A stretch of 32,000 bases of DNA from Scandinavium sp. (GCA_036495715.1 DASXML010000060.1:32852-64851), one strand, 5' to 3'. Positions 9,911 through 19,712 are shown, numbered from the stretch's first letter. Notes: a model not told the origin generated them from the letters alone. Numbers and translations: made by a program.

Positions 9911-10114
9911 TTAATTGTTAACCTGGGTTGGGCCACCGTTGTCGCCACGATCGTTGCGCGTCGGTTCAGTGGTCTGAGTCCCCGGATCCACCGGTTGGGT
10001 CGGCGGCGCCGCGGTTTTATCTGCCGGCGGAAAATAGAGCGGTCCCTTCAGGCCACAACCCGACAGAGTGAATAATGCAGCCAAAAGGACCAGCGGTCGA
10101 AAAAGGTTCTTCAT
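9911..10114 (-). CDS. lptM: Small outer-membrane lipoprotein LptM (YifL)
   Basis: 67 aa, MKNLFRPLVLLAALFTLSGCGLKGPLYFPP, with lipobox LSGC. It matches the length and sequence of E. coli YifL. The longer track ORF (to 10273) is an upstream extension. Confidence 0.9.
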   Translation of the reverse strand: MKNLFRPLVLLAALFTLSGCGLKGPLYFPPADKTAAPPTQPVDPGTQTTEPTRNDRGDNGGPTQVNN

Positions 10115-10252
10115 TCTTATAGTGCCTGTGGTTGATGCTTTCTGTTTTCTATCATCGCAGGAGAAGATGTAAAAGCAAGCGTTTAGCGCCTGACTGCAAC
10201 GGGAATTGTTTCGCGTTATACTGCCGCCATCACCTGAAAATGAGAAACAACA

Positions 10253-10573
10253 ATGAACGACAGTGAATTTCACCGCCTTGCAGACCAGTTGTGGATGACC
10301 ATCGAAGAACGCCTTGACGACTGGGATGGCGACAGTGATATCGATTGTGAGATTAACGGCGGCGTACTGACGTTAAGCTTCGAGAACGGCAGCAAAATCA
10401 TCATTAACCGCCAGGAGCCGTTGCATCAGGTGTGGTTAGCGACCAAACAAGGTGGCTATCATTTCGATTTAAAAGACGATGTGTGGGTGTGCGATCGCAG
10501 CGGTGAAGCTTTCTGGGATTTGCTGGAGCAAGCGGCCACGCAGCAAGCGGGCGAAGCCGTCAGTTTCCGTTAA
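10253..10573 (+). CDS. cyaY: Frataxin homologue CyaY (iron-sulfur cluster assembly)
   Basis: 106 aa, [14 protein letters not shown]..., matching E. coli CyaY. Its stop overlaps the cyaA stop on the opposite strand (TTAA). Confidence 0.96.
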   Translation: MNDSEFHRLADQLWMTIEERLDDWDGDSDIDCEINGGVLTLSFENGSKIIINRQEPLHQVWLATKQGGYHFDLKDDVWVCDRSGEAFWDLLEQAATQQAGEAVSFR

Positions 10574-13116
10574 GAAAAATACTGCTGTAACAGCGGAGTC
10601 GTTGCGTCCTGGTTGGCAGGCGCGACGGCTGCTATCGCCTGCGTGCGGAACGGGATCACCTGAGCGCGGTTATCGACTTTTACAATCTGGTAGAACTGCG
10701 GCAGGTTGAAGTTGATAAAGCTTGAACCGTAGGTAAAGCGGTCATGCGAGGACGAGTAGAACCGGCTGACGTCGCGCACCAGTTCCTCTTTGCTGCCTTC
10801 GCAGTGGTGATAAACCTCTGCCCGGTTGCTCTCATCCAGAATGTAAATATTGAAACCGTTGTCTTCGCTGCTGTCTTCAAAGAAGAACTGAATAATCCCT
10901 TCGCTGGCAAAGCCGTCGACCACCGGTGGCAATCTCACCTGGTTGGTTTCAACCTTAACCGACAGACCATGCAGTTTGTTATGGGAAATCGCACCATAAA
11001 ACTCGATGGCGTTTTCCAGTTTCTGCACAGACACATTCAAACGTTCGAAGAACAGTCCCCAGGTTTGCCCCGCCACACGCAGCGCCTTGAAGCGCCCCGT
11101 TTCCTGACGCGTACTGGAAAGACGCAGTTCAATGCATTCAGAAACCAACTGCTGAACGCGCGTACGGATTAAGCCACGCAGATGCTGGCTATAGCAGAAT
11201 ACTTCCACACTATCCGGCGGGGCCGCATCCTGATGCATTTTGCCCAGAATGGTTTTCAGCGCTTCGATCATCGCCTGCTCGCCGTTGAAATGCAGCGTAC
11301 GCACTTCATTCCACGAGTTGCGGTACAGCAGATCGACGCTACCTATCAGGCAGTTTTGCTCTTCACCAAAGCTGAACACATCCAGCTTACGGAAATCGAA
11401 ATGAACCACCTGATTACGGAACGCCGCGGTCGGGTCATATTCGAGATTGACGATGATCGCCAGATGGCGAATTTCGCACGGGCTGTACAGCGCTTTTGGC
11501 GTTGGTGCAGGTAAGCGTAACGGGAAGTGGTGCGAAACATCTGCCACCATTTCCTGCAATTTTGCCAGGTCGGCAATGCCGTTGCCCTTAATAAACAGGC
11601 GGGTGCGTGAGGTCAGCAGGCCGTTAAACCAGGCCCATGCCACCAGCTTATTAAGATAACGGTTATATTCGAGCGGTTGATGACTGACGATCGATTCCAT
11701 GTTTGGCGCGCGGTTGTAGAGATACCAGCCCGTACGGTTGGCACGGCCCGGCGGCACATGGATAAAGGTCAGGTTTGGCTCGGAAAGATCCGGGGAAATT
11801 TGCGGGTTCACCAACGTGACTTTGCCCGGCAGTGCTTCAAATGCCGCATACAGTTTACGCGTCAGAACGCCGATATCCTGTGGGCTTGCAGAAACACTGA
11901 GATTATTACGGCGCGCGAAGCGAATCAGATTGCGGTAGCTCTGCATCATCGCATCGAGCAATTCGTTGTGCGCATCGCGCACTTCGTCAATCTTCCAGTT
12001 GGCGCGGTTATCCAGCATTGCCAGACGTTCTTCGCTCCAGCCCCAGTCTTTTACTAACTGGCCAATCACTTCACGGCGCCAGCCCACACAGGCGCGTTCG
12101 CGGCTGAGTTTCTCGCAGACTTTTAAGTAGAAACAGCGACGCACCAGATCCAAACGGGTGGTGTCATCAATGGCTTGCAGATAGGTCGTCACACGCTCAA
12201 GCATCATGCAGTACGGGTCGAGACCGAATGAAACGATCTCGCCGTCGTGCAGGCGCTGTTTAATGTCTTTTGCCAACAGACGGCTGTTCGGGTATTCCCA
12301 GGAATAAGCTTCGAGCAGCAGGGTTTTCAGTACCGCTTTGTACGGCGAGTCGATGCTCTTATACAGCTGCCACAGGCTGGCACCGAAATATTCCTCAGCA
12401 GAGAGTGAACTCATGCCGCCGAGATCCAGCCATTCGTTTGGCGTCAGCACGCCCTGTGAGTAGAGCTTCATGACATAGTCGTCGTAATGCTCTTCTTCTT
12501 CGCATGGCACCATATTCCACAGAATACGTTTCCCCGCGAGACGCACGGCAGTGCGATAAAATTCGTCGAGCAGCAAGATGTGCTGCGTTGAGCCGCAATC
12601 TTCACCGCCGAGGCTGCCGCTTTCATTATGACGGAAACGGTTTTCGTCGATCAGGAAGAAGCTGACTTCGACACCCAGCGACGCGGCCCAGCTTTCAAGC
12701 AGGCTGCATTTACGCTGCAACAGCTGGCGTTCTTCATTATCAAGCCAGGCCTGATGGCAGACCCAAATATCGAGATCGGAAGAACAGCTTTGCCCAACGG
12801 AGGAAGTGCTCCCCATTGAATAAACGCCGGTGATCGGCAGTTCACCTTTGACAGTTGTTTGCGGCGGCATGCCGCGGTGCAGTTCAAGCTCATCAAGGTA
12901 GTGGCGTTGGGTTTCATCAGGCGTGTAGAGGCAAATGCCTTTGGGTACATTACCGTCAAGGTAACCCGGCATCAGCGGATGATGGTAGTGAAGCAATGTC
13001 GGCAGAAGACTATAGACCTGCTGAAAAGCTGGCCCCATGGCAGCAAGCGCGCGATCCACGCGCAATTGATTAATGGCATCCAGTCTCTGTTTCAGTGTCT
13101 CAATATAGAGGTACAA
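10570..13116 (-). CDS. cyaA: Class I adenylate cyclase CyaA
   Basis: 848 aa, [24 protein letters not shown].... The start codon is TTG (13116-13114), as known for E. coli cyaA. It is near-identical to K-12 throughout. Confidence 0.97.
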   Translation of the reverse strand: MYLYIETLKQRLDAINQLRVDRALAAMGPAFQQVYSLLPTLLHYHHPLMPGYLDGNVPKGICLYTPDETQRHYLDELELHRGMPPQTTVKGELPITGVYSMGSTSSVGQSCSSDLDIWVCHQAWLDNEERQLLQRKCSLLESWAASLGVEVSFFLIDENRFRHNESGSLGGEDCGSTQHILLLDEFYRTAVRLAGKRILWNMVPCEEEEHYDDYVMKLYSQGVLTPNEWLDLGGMSSLSAEEYFGASLWQLYKSIDSPYKAVLKTLLLEAYSWEYPNSRLLAKDIKQRLHDGEIVSFGLDPYCMMLERVTTYLQAIDDTTRLDLVRRCFYLKVCEKLSRERACVGWRREVIGQLVKDWGWSEERLAMLDNRANWKIDEVRDAHNELLDAMMQSYRNLIRFARRNNLSVSASPQDIGVLTRKLYAAFEALPGKVTLVNPQISPDLSEPNLTFIHVPPGRANRTGWYLYNRAPNMESIVSHQPLEYNRYLNKLVAWAWFNGLLTSRTRLFIKGNGIADLAKLQEMVADVSHHFPLRLPAPTPKALYSPCEIRHLAIIVNLEYDPTAAFRNQVVHFDFRKLDVFSFGEEQNCLIGSVDLLYRNSWNEVRTLHFNGEQAMIEALKTILGKMHQDAAPPDSVEVFCYSQHLRGLIRTRVQQLVSECIELRLSSTRQETGRFKALRVAGQTWGLFFERLNVSVQKLENAIEFYGAISHNKLHGLSVKVETNQVRLPPVVDGFASEGIIQFFFEDSSEDNGFNIYILDESNRAEVYHHCEGSKEELVRDVSRFYSSSHDRFTYGSSFINFNLPQFYQIVKVDNRAQVIPFRTQAIAAVAPANQDATTPLLQQYFS

Positions 13117-13255
13117 GACATATCGCCTGATGTTAAAACCTGGCGTATCGCTAAGGCGGTGAACTGCAAGAGATACGGAGGCTTTTAGAATTTCAACAAG
13201 AACCGCTACCGTCTGTCGCCATGATGGTATGGGTGCGGGCTAACAAACGGTTTAA

Positions 13256-13277
13256 AACGTGATCAATCTAACACCTT
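13256..13277 (-). promoter_or_regulatory. Candidate CRP site in the cyaA promoter region
   Basis: The plus strand reads aaCGTGAtcaatcTAACAcctt, and the minus strand reads AGGTGTTAGATTGATCACGTT. This resembles the CRP operator I recall at cyaA P2 in E. coli (AGGTGTTAAATTGATCACGTT). It lies ~140 nt upstream of the TTG start. Confidence 0.45.
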
Positions 13278-13453
13278 GCCGATTGACCGTAAAGAAAGTT
13301 GCGCTACTAACAAGTTTAGCATCAATTAACAACTGTAAATTCTTCAACACGCCAGCGCATCCCTTTTTGATCATTTTCGGAAAAACTCGAAAACTAACAT
13401 CCTTATAGCAACAATGTTAGGATGACTAGCGGACGATAACGACGGTAACAAGC

Positions 13454-14395
13454 ATGTTAGACAAAGTTTTAAGAATTGCCACACGCCAAAGTCCCCTCGC
13501 ACTTTGGCAGGCACATTATGTGAAAGACGCGCTGATGGCTTGCCATCCCGGGCTACAGGTAGAGCTGGTCCCGATGGTCACGCGCGGCGATGTGATCCTG
13601 GATACGCCGCTGGCGAAAGTGGGCGGAAAAGGGTTATTTGTCAAAGAGCTGGAACTCGCGTTGCTTGAAAACCGCGCCGATATCGCCGTGCATTCGATGA
13701 AAGATGTTCCGGTGGAGTTTCCAGAAGGACTCGGCCTGACAACCATTTGCGAACGTGAAGATCCGCGCGATGCGTTTGTCTCCAACCATTTTGATTCCAT
13801 CGACGCATTGCCAAAAGGCAGCGTGGTTGGCACGTCAAGTTTACGTCGCCAGTGCCAACTGGCCGCCGACCGCCCGGACCTGGTGATTCGCTCGCTGCGC
13901 GGTAACGTAGGGACTCGCCTTGGCAAGCTCGATAACGGCGATTACGATGCGATTATTCTGGCCGTGGCCGGGCTAAAACGTCTGGGCCTGGAAGACAGAG
14001 TTCGCCAGGCGCTATCGCCAGAGCAATCTCTGCCAGCCGTGGGTCAGGGAGCCGTGGGCATTGAGTGTCGTCTCGACGACGAACAGACGCATGCGTTGCT
14101 CGCACCGCTGAATCATGCCGATACCGCCGTGCGCGTCTGCGCTGAACGTGCAATGAATACTCGCCTCGAAGGAGGCTGTCAGGTGCCGATTGGCAGCTAT
14201 GCTGAATTAACCAACGGTGAAATCTGGTTACGTGCGTTAGTTGGCGCACCGGATGGCAGTCAGATGGTTCGCGGTGAGCGTCGCGGCCCGGCTGACGACG
14301 CCGAAAAACTCGGCATTTCACTGGCAGAAGAGTTATTGAATAACGGCGCCCGCGACATTCTCGCAGACGTGTATAACGGAGAAGCCCCTGAATGA
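13454..14395 (+). CDS. hemC: Porphobilinogen deaminase (hydroxymethylbilane synthase) HemC
   Basis: 313 aa, [23 protein letters not shown].... The cofactor-Cys region [10 protein letters not shown] is present. Confidence 0.97.
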   Translation: MLDKVLRIATRQSPLALWQAHYVKDALMACHPGLQVELVPMVTRGDVILDTPLAKVGGKGLFVKELELALLENRADIAVHSMKDVPVEFPEGLGLTTICEREDPRDAFVSNHFDSIDALPKGSVVGTSSLRRQCQLAADRPDLVIRSLRGNVGTRLGKLDNGDYDAIILAVAGLKRLGLEDRVRQALSPEQSLPAVGQGAVGIECRLDDEQTHALLAPLNHADTAVRVCAERAMNTRLEGGCQVPIGSYAELTNGEIWLRALVGAPDGSQMVRGERRGPADDAEKLGISLAEELLNNGARDILADVYNGEAPE

Positions 14396-15132
14396 GCATT
14401 CTGGTCACTCGCCCGTCTCCCCAAGGGGAAGAACTTGTCAGCCGCCTGCGTGCGCTGGGGCGCGAGGCCTGGAGCTTTCCGTTAATTGAATTTACCCCAG
14501 GCCGTGAACTGTCGCAGTTAGCAGCGCACCTGCACGCATTGGGTGATGGCGATCTGCTGATCGCCCTTTCACAACACGCCGTTGAATTTGCTCACGCGCA
14601 GCTGCAACAGTCAGGGCAACGCTGGCCCACTGCACCACGCTATTTTTCCATTGGGCGCACCACCGGCCTGGCGCTGCACAAAGTCAGCAGCATTGACGTT
14701 CGCTATCCTCTTGATCGGGAAATCAGCGAAGTGTTGCTACAATTACCTGAATTACAAAACGTTGCGGGCAAGAAAGCGCTGATTTTGCGCGGAAACGGTG
14801 GCCGGGAACTGCTCGGCGAAACGCTGCAAAGTCGTGGCACCATTGTTACATTTTGTGAATGTTATCAAAGAAGTAACCGTCATTATGACGGCGCGGAAGA
14901 AGCCATGCGCTGGCAATCGCGCGGGGTGACCCGACTGGTCATCACCAGCGGCGAAATGTTAGAACAGTTGTTTTCGCTTATTCCGCAATGGTATCGCGAG
15001 CATTGGTTGTTACACTGCGAGGTGCTTGTGGTGAGTGAGCGCCTGGCTGAGTTGGCCCGGGAATTGGGCTGGCAAAATATCAAGGTAGCCGATAGCGCCG
15101 ACAACGACGCGCTGCTGCGTGCTTTACAATAA
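14392..15132 (+). CDS. hemD: Uroporphyrinogen-III synthase HemD
   Basis: 246 aa, [10 protein letters not shown].... It has an ATGA overlap with hemC and is colinear with E. coli HemD. Confidence 0.95.
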   Translation: MSILVTRPSPQGEELVSRLRALGREAWSFPLIEFTPGRELSQLAAHLHALGDGDLLIALSQHAVEFAHAQLQQSGQRWPTAPRYFSIGRTTGLALHKVSSIDVRYPLDREISEVLLQLPELQNVAGKKALILRGNGGRELLGETLQSRGTIVTFCECYQRSNRHYDGAEEAMRWQSRGVTRLVITSGEMLEQLFSLIPQWYREHWLLHCEVLVVSERLAELARELGWQNIKVADSADNDALLRALQ

Positions 15133-15153
15133 CTCTCAACATTGGAAGCCATA

Positions 15154-16338
15154 ATGACGGAACAAAAAGAGAACTCCGCCGTGGTTGAAGAGACCAGGGA
15201 GGCCGTGGATCTGACGCCACAGCCGGAGAATGCTGAAAAGAAAAACGCTGAGAAGAAAAGCAGCAACAAAGCCCCATTGGCGCTGAGCGTGTTAGCCGTT
15301 GCCATCGCACTGGCGGCAGGCATTGGCCTGTACGGCCTCGTGAAACAGCAAGGCACCAGCCAAACGTCGGCTAACGACACGCTGGTCAATCAAGTCACCG
15401 CCCTGCAAAAAGCGCAAGAATCGCAGAAAAGCGAGCTGGAAGGCGTAATTAAGCAGCAGGCCGATCAGCTGAACGCCGCGAAGCAGCAGCAAGATGCGCA
15501 GAACAAGCAACTTGATGAGCTGCAGCAGAAAATCGCCACCATATCCGGGAGCGATGCCAAAACCTGGCAATTGGCGCAGGCCGATTTCCTCGTCAAACTG
15601 GCTGGCCGCAAACTGTGGAGCGATCAGGATGTCACCACCGCGGCAGCATTGCTGAAAAGCGCAGATGCAAGCCTGGCGGACATGAATGACCCGAGCCTGA
15701 TTAATGTTCGTCGCGCGATCACAGACGATATCGCCAGCCTCTCTGGCGTTGCGCAGGTCGATTACGACGGCATCATTCTGAAGGTTAATCAGCTGTCGAA
15801 TCAGATTGATAACCTGCGCCTGGCTGACAACTCTACCGATGATTCCCCGATGGACGACGACAGCGGTGAACTCTCAAGTTCACTCGGCGAATGGCGCGTC
15901 AATCTGCAAAAAAGCTGGCAGAACTTTATGGATGGCTTTATCACCATTCGTCGCCGTGATGAAACTGCGGTTCCACTGTTAGCGCCAAACCAGGACGTCT
16001 ATCTGCGTGAAAACCTTCGCTCACGTCTGTTGGTTGCCGCTCAGGCTATCCCGCGTCACCAGCAACAAACGTATAAGCAGGCGCTGGATAACGTATCCAC
16101 ATGGGTACGCGCGTATTACGACACCGACGATGCCACCACTAAAGCCTTCCTGGATGAGCTGGATTCGCTGAGTCAGCAGAACATCAATATGGATGTACCA
16201 GAAACGCTGCAAAGCCAGGCGCTTCTGGAAAAACTGATGCAGACCCGCGTGCGTAATCTGTTGTCACAGCCGTCCGTTGCGCCAAGTGCAGCGCCTCAGG
16301 CTGATACCGCACCCGCTACTGCACCGCAAGGAGAATAA
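15154..16338 (+). CDS. hemX: HemX membrane protein (hem operon, single N-terminal TM, coiled-coil/Q-rich region)
   Basis: I chose the start at [18 protein letters not shown] (ATG 15154, GGAAG upstream), as in E. coli HemX. The product is 394 aa. The track ORF starts at a TTG 4 codons earlier. Confidence 0.92.
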   Translation: MTEQKENSAVVEETREAVDLTPQPENAEKKNAEKKSSNKAPLALSVLAVAIALAAGIGLYGLVKQQGTSQTSANDTLVNQVTALQKAQESQKSELEGVIKQQADQLNAAKQQQDAQNKQLDELQQKIATISGSDAKTWQLAQADFLVKLAGRKLWSDQDVTTAAALLKSADASLADMNDPSLINVRRAITDDIASLSGVAQVDYDGIILKVNQLSNQIDNLRLADNSTDDSPMDDDSGELSSSLGEWRVNLQKSWQNFMDGFITIRRRDETAVPLLAPNQDVYLRENLRSRLLVAAQAIPRHQQQTYKQALDNVSTWVRAYYDTDDATTKAFLDELDSLSQQNINMDVPETLQSQALLEKLMQTRVRNLLSQPSVAPSAAPQADTAPATAPQGE

Positions 16339-16340
16339 GC

Positions 16341-17537
16341 ATGCTTAAAGTCTTACTGCTCTTTGCATTGCTGATAGCCGGGATCGTTGTTGGCCCGATC
16401 GTCGCAGGCCATCAGGGCTATGTCTTGATCCAGACGGACAACTACAACATTGAAACCAGCGTCACCGGTCTGGTGATCATTATGGTTTTGACCATGGTGG
16501 TGCTGTTCGCCATTGAATGGTTGCTGCGTCGCATCTTCCGCACCGGAGCACACACCCGTGGTTGGTTCGTTGGACGCAAACGCCGTCGCGCACGCAAACA
16601 GACCGAACAGGCGCTGCTGAAACTGGCTGAAGGCGATTATCAGCAAGTAGAAAAGCTGATGTCCAAGAATGCCGATCATGCTGAACAGCCGGTGGTGAAC
16701 TATCTGTTGGCCGCAGAAGCGGCACAGCAGCGCGGAGACGAAGTACGTGCTAATCAGCATCTGGAACGTGCGGCCGAAAGTGCCGGTAACGACCTGATCC
16801 CGGTTGAAATCACTCGCGTGCGCATACAGCTGGCACGCAATGAAGATCATGCCGCGCGTCACGGCGTAGACAGACTGCTCGAAATTGCGCCACGTCATCC
16901 AGAAGTGCTGCGTCTTGCCGAACAGGCCTATATTCGCACTGGCGCATGGGGCTCGCTGCTGGAGATTATTCCATCGATGGCGAAAGCCAACGTGGGCGAT
17001 GAAGCGCACCGTGACGCACTGGAACAACAAGCGTGGATTGGTTTGATGGATCAAGCGCGTGCCGATCAGGGCAGCGATGGCCTGCGCGAATGGTGGAAAA
17101 ACCAGGGCCGTAAAACCCGTCAGCAAGTGCCATTGCAAGTGGCCATGGCCGATCACCTCATCGAGTGTGACGATCATGACATGGCCCAGCAAATTATCAT
17201 TGATGGTCTGAAACGCCAGTACGACGACCGCTTACTGCTGCCGGTTCCGCGTCTGAAAACCAATAATCCTGAACAACTTGAAAAAGTCCTGCGTCAGCAG
17301 ATTAAAAGCGTGGGTGACCGCCCACTGTTGTGGAGTACGCTGGGTCAGTCGCTGATGAAACACGGCGAATGGCAAGAAGCGACTATTGCTTTCCGTGCCG
17401 CGTTGAAACAGCGTCCAGATGCGTTCGATTACGCCTGGCTGGCCGATGCTCTCGACAGGCTTCATCAACCAGAAGAAGCGGCCACCATGCGCCGTGACGG
17501 ACTGTTGCTGACGCTACAAAATAACCCGCCATCCTGA
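16341..17537 (+). CDS. hemY: HemY (TPR-containing inner-membrane protein of the hem operon)
   Basis: 398 aa, MLKVLLLFALLIAGIVVGP..., with the same length and order as E. coli HemY. Confidence 0.95.
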   Translation: MLKVLLLFALLIAGIVVGPIVAGHQGYVLIQTDNYNIETSVTGLVIIMVLTMVVLFAIEWLLRRIFRTGAHTRGWFVGRKRRRARKQTEQALLKLAEGDYQQVEKLMSKNADHAEQPVVNYLLAAEAAQQRGDEVRANQHLERAAESAGNDLIPVEITRVRIQLARNEDHAARHGVDRLLEIAPRHPEVLRLAEQAYIRTGAWGSLLEIIPSMAKANVGDEAHRDALEQQAWIGLMDQARADQGSDGLREWWKNQGRKTRQQVPLQVAMADHLIECDDHDMAQQIIIDGLKRQYDDRLLLPVPRLKTNNPEQLEKVLRQQIKSVGDRPLLWSTLGQSLMKHGEWQEATIAFRAALKQRPDAFDYAWLADALDRLHQPEEAATMRRDGLLLTLQNNPPS

Positions 17538-17553
17538 GTGATGCGTGTAATGT

Positions 17554-17580
17554 AAGGAGCCTGCGAGGCTCCTTCTTTGT
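17554..17580 (+). terminator. Hairpin 16 nt after the hemY stop (probable hem operon terminator)
   Basis: AAGGAGCCT (17554-62) pairs with AGGCTCCTT (17566-74) across a 3-nt loop. It is followed by cTTTgTgg, a modest U-tract. Confidence 0.55.
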
Positions 17581-17674
17581 GGTTATCAGCCGAAAATCAA
17601 TAAATTGATTTTCCTTATTTTCTGTAGGTGCCTTATGCCCTATCTGCTTCGAAATAAGGTTTGTCATCAGTCTC

Positions 17675-17703
17675 AAGGAGCCTACAAGGCTCCTTTCTTT
17701 TTT
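17675..17703 (+). terminator. Second hairpin with the identical 9-bp stem and a strong U-tract
   Basis: AAGGAGCCT (17675-83) pairs with AGGCTCCTT (17687-95) across the loop aca. It is followed by TcTTTTTT. No annotated gene ends here. Confidence 0.55.
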
Positions 17704-17837
17704 GTACAACCACATGCTACATTCTTTGCTCTTAGTCCCTTCAATGAGCCTCCCAATGTAACGATTTTTCAGCACGCCTCGTTTTTCACTTACGCATGTT
17801 TTTTGCGTGGATAACGTTTTGCTGGAGATCGGCTCAC

Positions 17838-19018
17838 ATGAATTCTCTTCTTTATGCGCGTCTATGCGCATTGCGAAGCCACGTCTGACTTCGTCTATTG
17901 GTATCCGCCTTTGTATAATGGTCTTACGCAAGTGGTTGTGTTCGGTCAGTTGCTACGCTGGCAGGCTTCGTCGACGGCCTTAACCCTCGCCTGGCTATTA
18001 GCAACCGTTCCAGGCTTTGTGGGCAGCCTGATTGGCGAAAAGCTCTGCCGCACCCACTCCCCGTTACGCATACTCATTTTCTGCGAACTGCTTGGCCTTT
18101 TGGCGCTGATATTGCCGCTTCAGGGTTTGCACTATCACAATATTCCTCTGCTGCTGGCAGTTCAGTCCACAGAATCACTCATGGCTGGGATATCGTGGCC
18201 TGCACTGGCGCTGACGTTTAAGCGTGGGCTAAATGAAGAGGAACTTCCCGCAGCGACCGCGATGGAAAACCTGATTTTTGCCTCTCAGGTTTTATTGGGC
18301 ACAGGTGTTGGCGTACTGCTGTTTGAACACGTCAATCCAACCACCCTGCTGATAATTGATGCGGTGAGCTTTATCGGCGCATGCTGGCTGCTGTGGCTCA
18401 CGAGTCAAAAGACGGCTATGCCCCCGGAAGCCACGGCCCCCGAAAAAGGAAATCCGCTGCTCTGGGTAAAACTCACTCTCCGACAAAAACGGAGCATACT
18501 TCTTCTGCCTTCTTTGGCTGCTGTCGGTGCGCCCGCAATGGCTCTTTTGCCCGCACTGGCTCAGCAGATACAGCCCCAAGATACTGCAGAGCTTGCGCTA
18601 CCGTTGCTTTTCAGTCGCAGCCTTGGGCAGTTATGCGGACCTATGTTGATGAACAGTAAAAAGATGCCTGAATACGCGCAGGGAAATGGGTTGTTGATGG
18701 GGTTTTTTGCTGTCATACATCATGATGCCTACGCTATCGCCTTTCAGAGGCGCGGCCCTGATAGCCATTTTTGTTGCTCATTTAGCTTCAAACGTGGTTT
18801 TCGCATTGGGAACGTTCAGCGTACTGCACCACTTCACCGAACGTGACGTTTCGAGCGCCAGTGCAAAAGCGTGGCGCTGGCAAACGATCAGTGCCACGCT
18901 CGCGACGTCGATTACGGTGATACTGACTGGGGATCTAGGCGCAATTCATACTCTCTGGCTAGTATCGTGCGGCACATTATTACTGGTCTGCGGCGTCTTA
19001 TTCCGCTACCAGAATTAA
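17838..19018 (+). pseudogene. Frame-disrupted MFS (EntS/MFS_3-like) transporter gene
   Basis: Two overlapping ORFs (17854..18846 and 18707..19018) together give a ~12-TM MFS-like profile: ...LTLAWLLATVPGFVGSLIGEKLCRTHSPLRILIF..., ...LLIIDAVSFIGACWLLWL..., ...IAIFVAHLASNVVFALGTFSVL.... The frame switches at the G4T6 run at 18699-18708. At the 5' end, an ATG at 17838 (MNSLLYARLCALRSHV-stop) lies in a third frame, and TM1-like text (LRLLVSAFV) follows its stop. This suggests at least two, probably three, disruptions. The region is lower in GC than its flanks. Confidence 0.6.
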
Positions 19019-19024
19019 ACCCAT

Positions 19025-19230
19025 AAAAAAACGCCTGCACTGGAAACAGGGCAGGCGTTAAAACAGGTCTGTTTGACAACAATGGGTGCTTCACTCAACG
19101 TTATGTCCATGGTGTTTGATGAGGCCGAAGCGACATCTGTCGGTGGACGATAAGCACCGTAAACGGCTCTGCGTCATTCCTGGATTTATGAGGCGTAAAC
19201 GCGAACATAAGAGATGGAATGAGCATCTAC
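19025..19230 (-). ncRNA. glmZ: GlmZ small RNA (SraJ/RyiA), activator of glmS translation
   Basis: The minus strand starts GTAGATGCTCATTCCATCTCTTATGTTCGC, identical to the E. coli GlmZ 5' end as I remember it. It continues colinearly (...GAATGACGCAGAGCCGTTTACGGTGCTTATCGTCCAC...CACCATGGACA.AACGTTGAGTGAAGCACCCA...) and ends in the hairpin GCCTGC...GCAGGC plus T7 (19058-19025). Total length is ~206 nt, versus ~207 nt in E. coli. Confidence 0.9.
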
Positions 19231-19241
19231 ACAGATATTAT

Positions 19242-19257
19242 TGCACAAGGTATGCCA
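19242..19257 (-). promoter_or_regulatory. Sigma54 (-24/-12) promoter of glmZ
   Basis: The minus strand reads TGGCATaccttGTGCA, with the canonical 12-nt GG-to-GC spacing (consensus TGGCAC-N5-TTGCA). The GC element lies ~12 nt upstream of the GlmZ 5' G at 19230. An overlapping TAATAT could also serve as a sigma70 -10. Confidence 0.6.
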
Positions 19258-19308
19258 CTCTTGCACCCCTGATTATCAGGTGTTTACGCTATTTAGGAAT
19301 AGATGAGA

Positions 19309-19389
19309 TGTCGCTAAACAGCGACGCATGAATAAAGAAAATACGATATTGTCTAAAATCAGGGAATTAAATGTCGTCATTTTGAGACA
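19309..19389 (-). promoter_or_regulatory. Three TGTC-N10-GACA-type sites (GlrR/QseF activator binding sites) upstream of glmZ
   Basis: The sites are 19309-19326 TGTCgctaaacagcGACg, 19350-19367 TGTCtaaaatcaggGAAt (weak) and 19372-19389 TGTCgtcattttgaGACA (perfect). They lie 50-135 nt upstream of the -24 element. This fits the arrangement reported for sigma54-dependent glmY/glmZ promoters. Confidence 0.5.
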
Positions 19390-19457
19390 TATTTTTTGAA
19401 CACAATTTGCGAAGTGAGATTTTATTTATTGCGACAGGTTTGCCGAATTCAGAATAG

Positions 19458-19481
19458 AAAAAACCCCGCCTAAGCGGGGTT
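19458..19481 (-). terminator. Rho-independent terminator of the tRNA operon
   Basis: The minus strand reads AACCCCGCttagGCGGGGTTTTTTcT, beginning 7 nt after the proM 3' end. Confidence 0.8.
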
Positions 19482-19487
19482 CAAAAT

Positions 19488-19564
19488 TGGTCGGCGAGAG
19501 AGGATTCGAACCTCCGACCCACTGGTCCCAAACCAGTTGCGCTACCAAGCTGCGCTACTCGCCG
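19488..19564 (-). tRNA. proM: tRNA-Pro (anticodon UGG)
   Basis: The reverse complement is CGGCGAGTAGCGCAGCTTGGTAGCGCAACTGGTTTGGGACCAGTGGGTCGGAGGTTCGAATCCTCTCTCGCCGACCA. It is 77 nt with an encoded CCA and a cloverleaf fold, and matches E. coli proM. Confidence 0.97.
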
Positions 19565-19605
19565 ATGTACTGCTTTTTGAATTTTTAGTTCAATTCTTTA
19601 AGTCG

Positions 19606-19692
19606 TGGTGCGAGGGGGGGGACTTGAACCCCCACGTCCGTTAAGACACTAACACCTGAAGCTAGCGCGTCTACCAATTCCGCCACCGTCGC
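19606..19692 (-). tRNA. leuT: tRNA-Leu (anticodon CAG), long variable arm
   Basis: The reverse complement is GCGACGGTGGCGGAATTGGTAGACGCGCTAGCTTCAGGTGTTAGTGTCTTAACGGACGTGGGGGTTCAAGTCCCCCCCCTCGCACCA, 87 nt. It is near-identical to E. coli leuT. Confidence 0.95.
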
Positions 19693-19712
19693 ATGTCACA
19701 ACTTATCAATAA

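Noticed and set aside
15232-15261. An imperfect 15-bp tandem duplication, GCTGAAAAGAAAAAC/GCTGAGAAGAAAAGC, inside hemX ([10 protein letters not shown]).
   Set aside because: It has only two copies, is in frame, and lies in the variable disordered N-terminal region of HemX. It is ordinary length polymorphism rather than a functional repeat array.
17605-17814. A 69-aa ORF on the plus strand in the hemY-MFS spacer.
   Set aside because: It reads straight through a terminator hairpin and a T-run. It is Phe/Cys-rich because of the AT-rich sequence and has no SD.
19086-19331. An 81-aa ORF on the plus strand.
   Set aside because: It runs antisense through glmZ and its promoter. glmZ fully explains the conservation of this sequence.
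19606-19692. The tRNA-Leu acceptor stem has a C5:C68 mismatch (5' GCGACGG / 3' CCCTCGC).
   Set aside because: As I recall, E. coli leuT also has a non-Watson-Crick pair at 5:68 (A:C). The rest of the cloverleaf, the anticodon loop and the CCA end are intact, so I do not call it a pseudogene.
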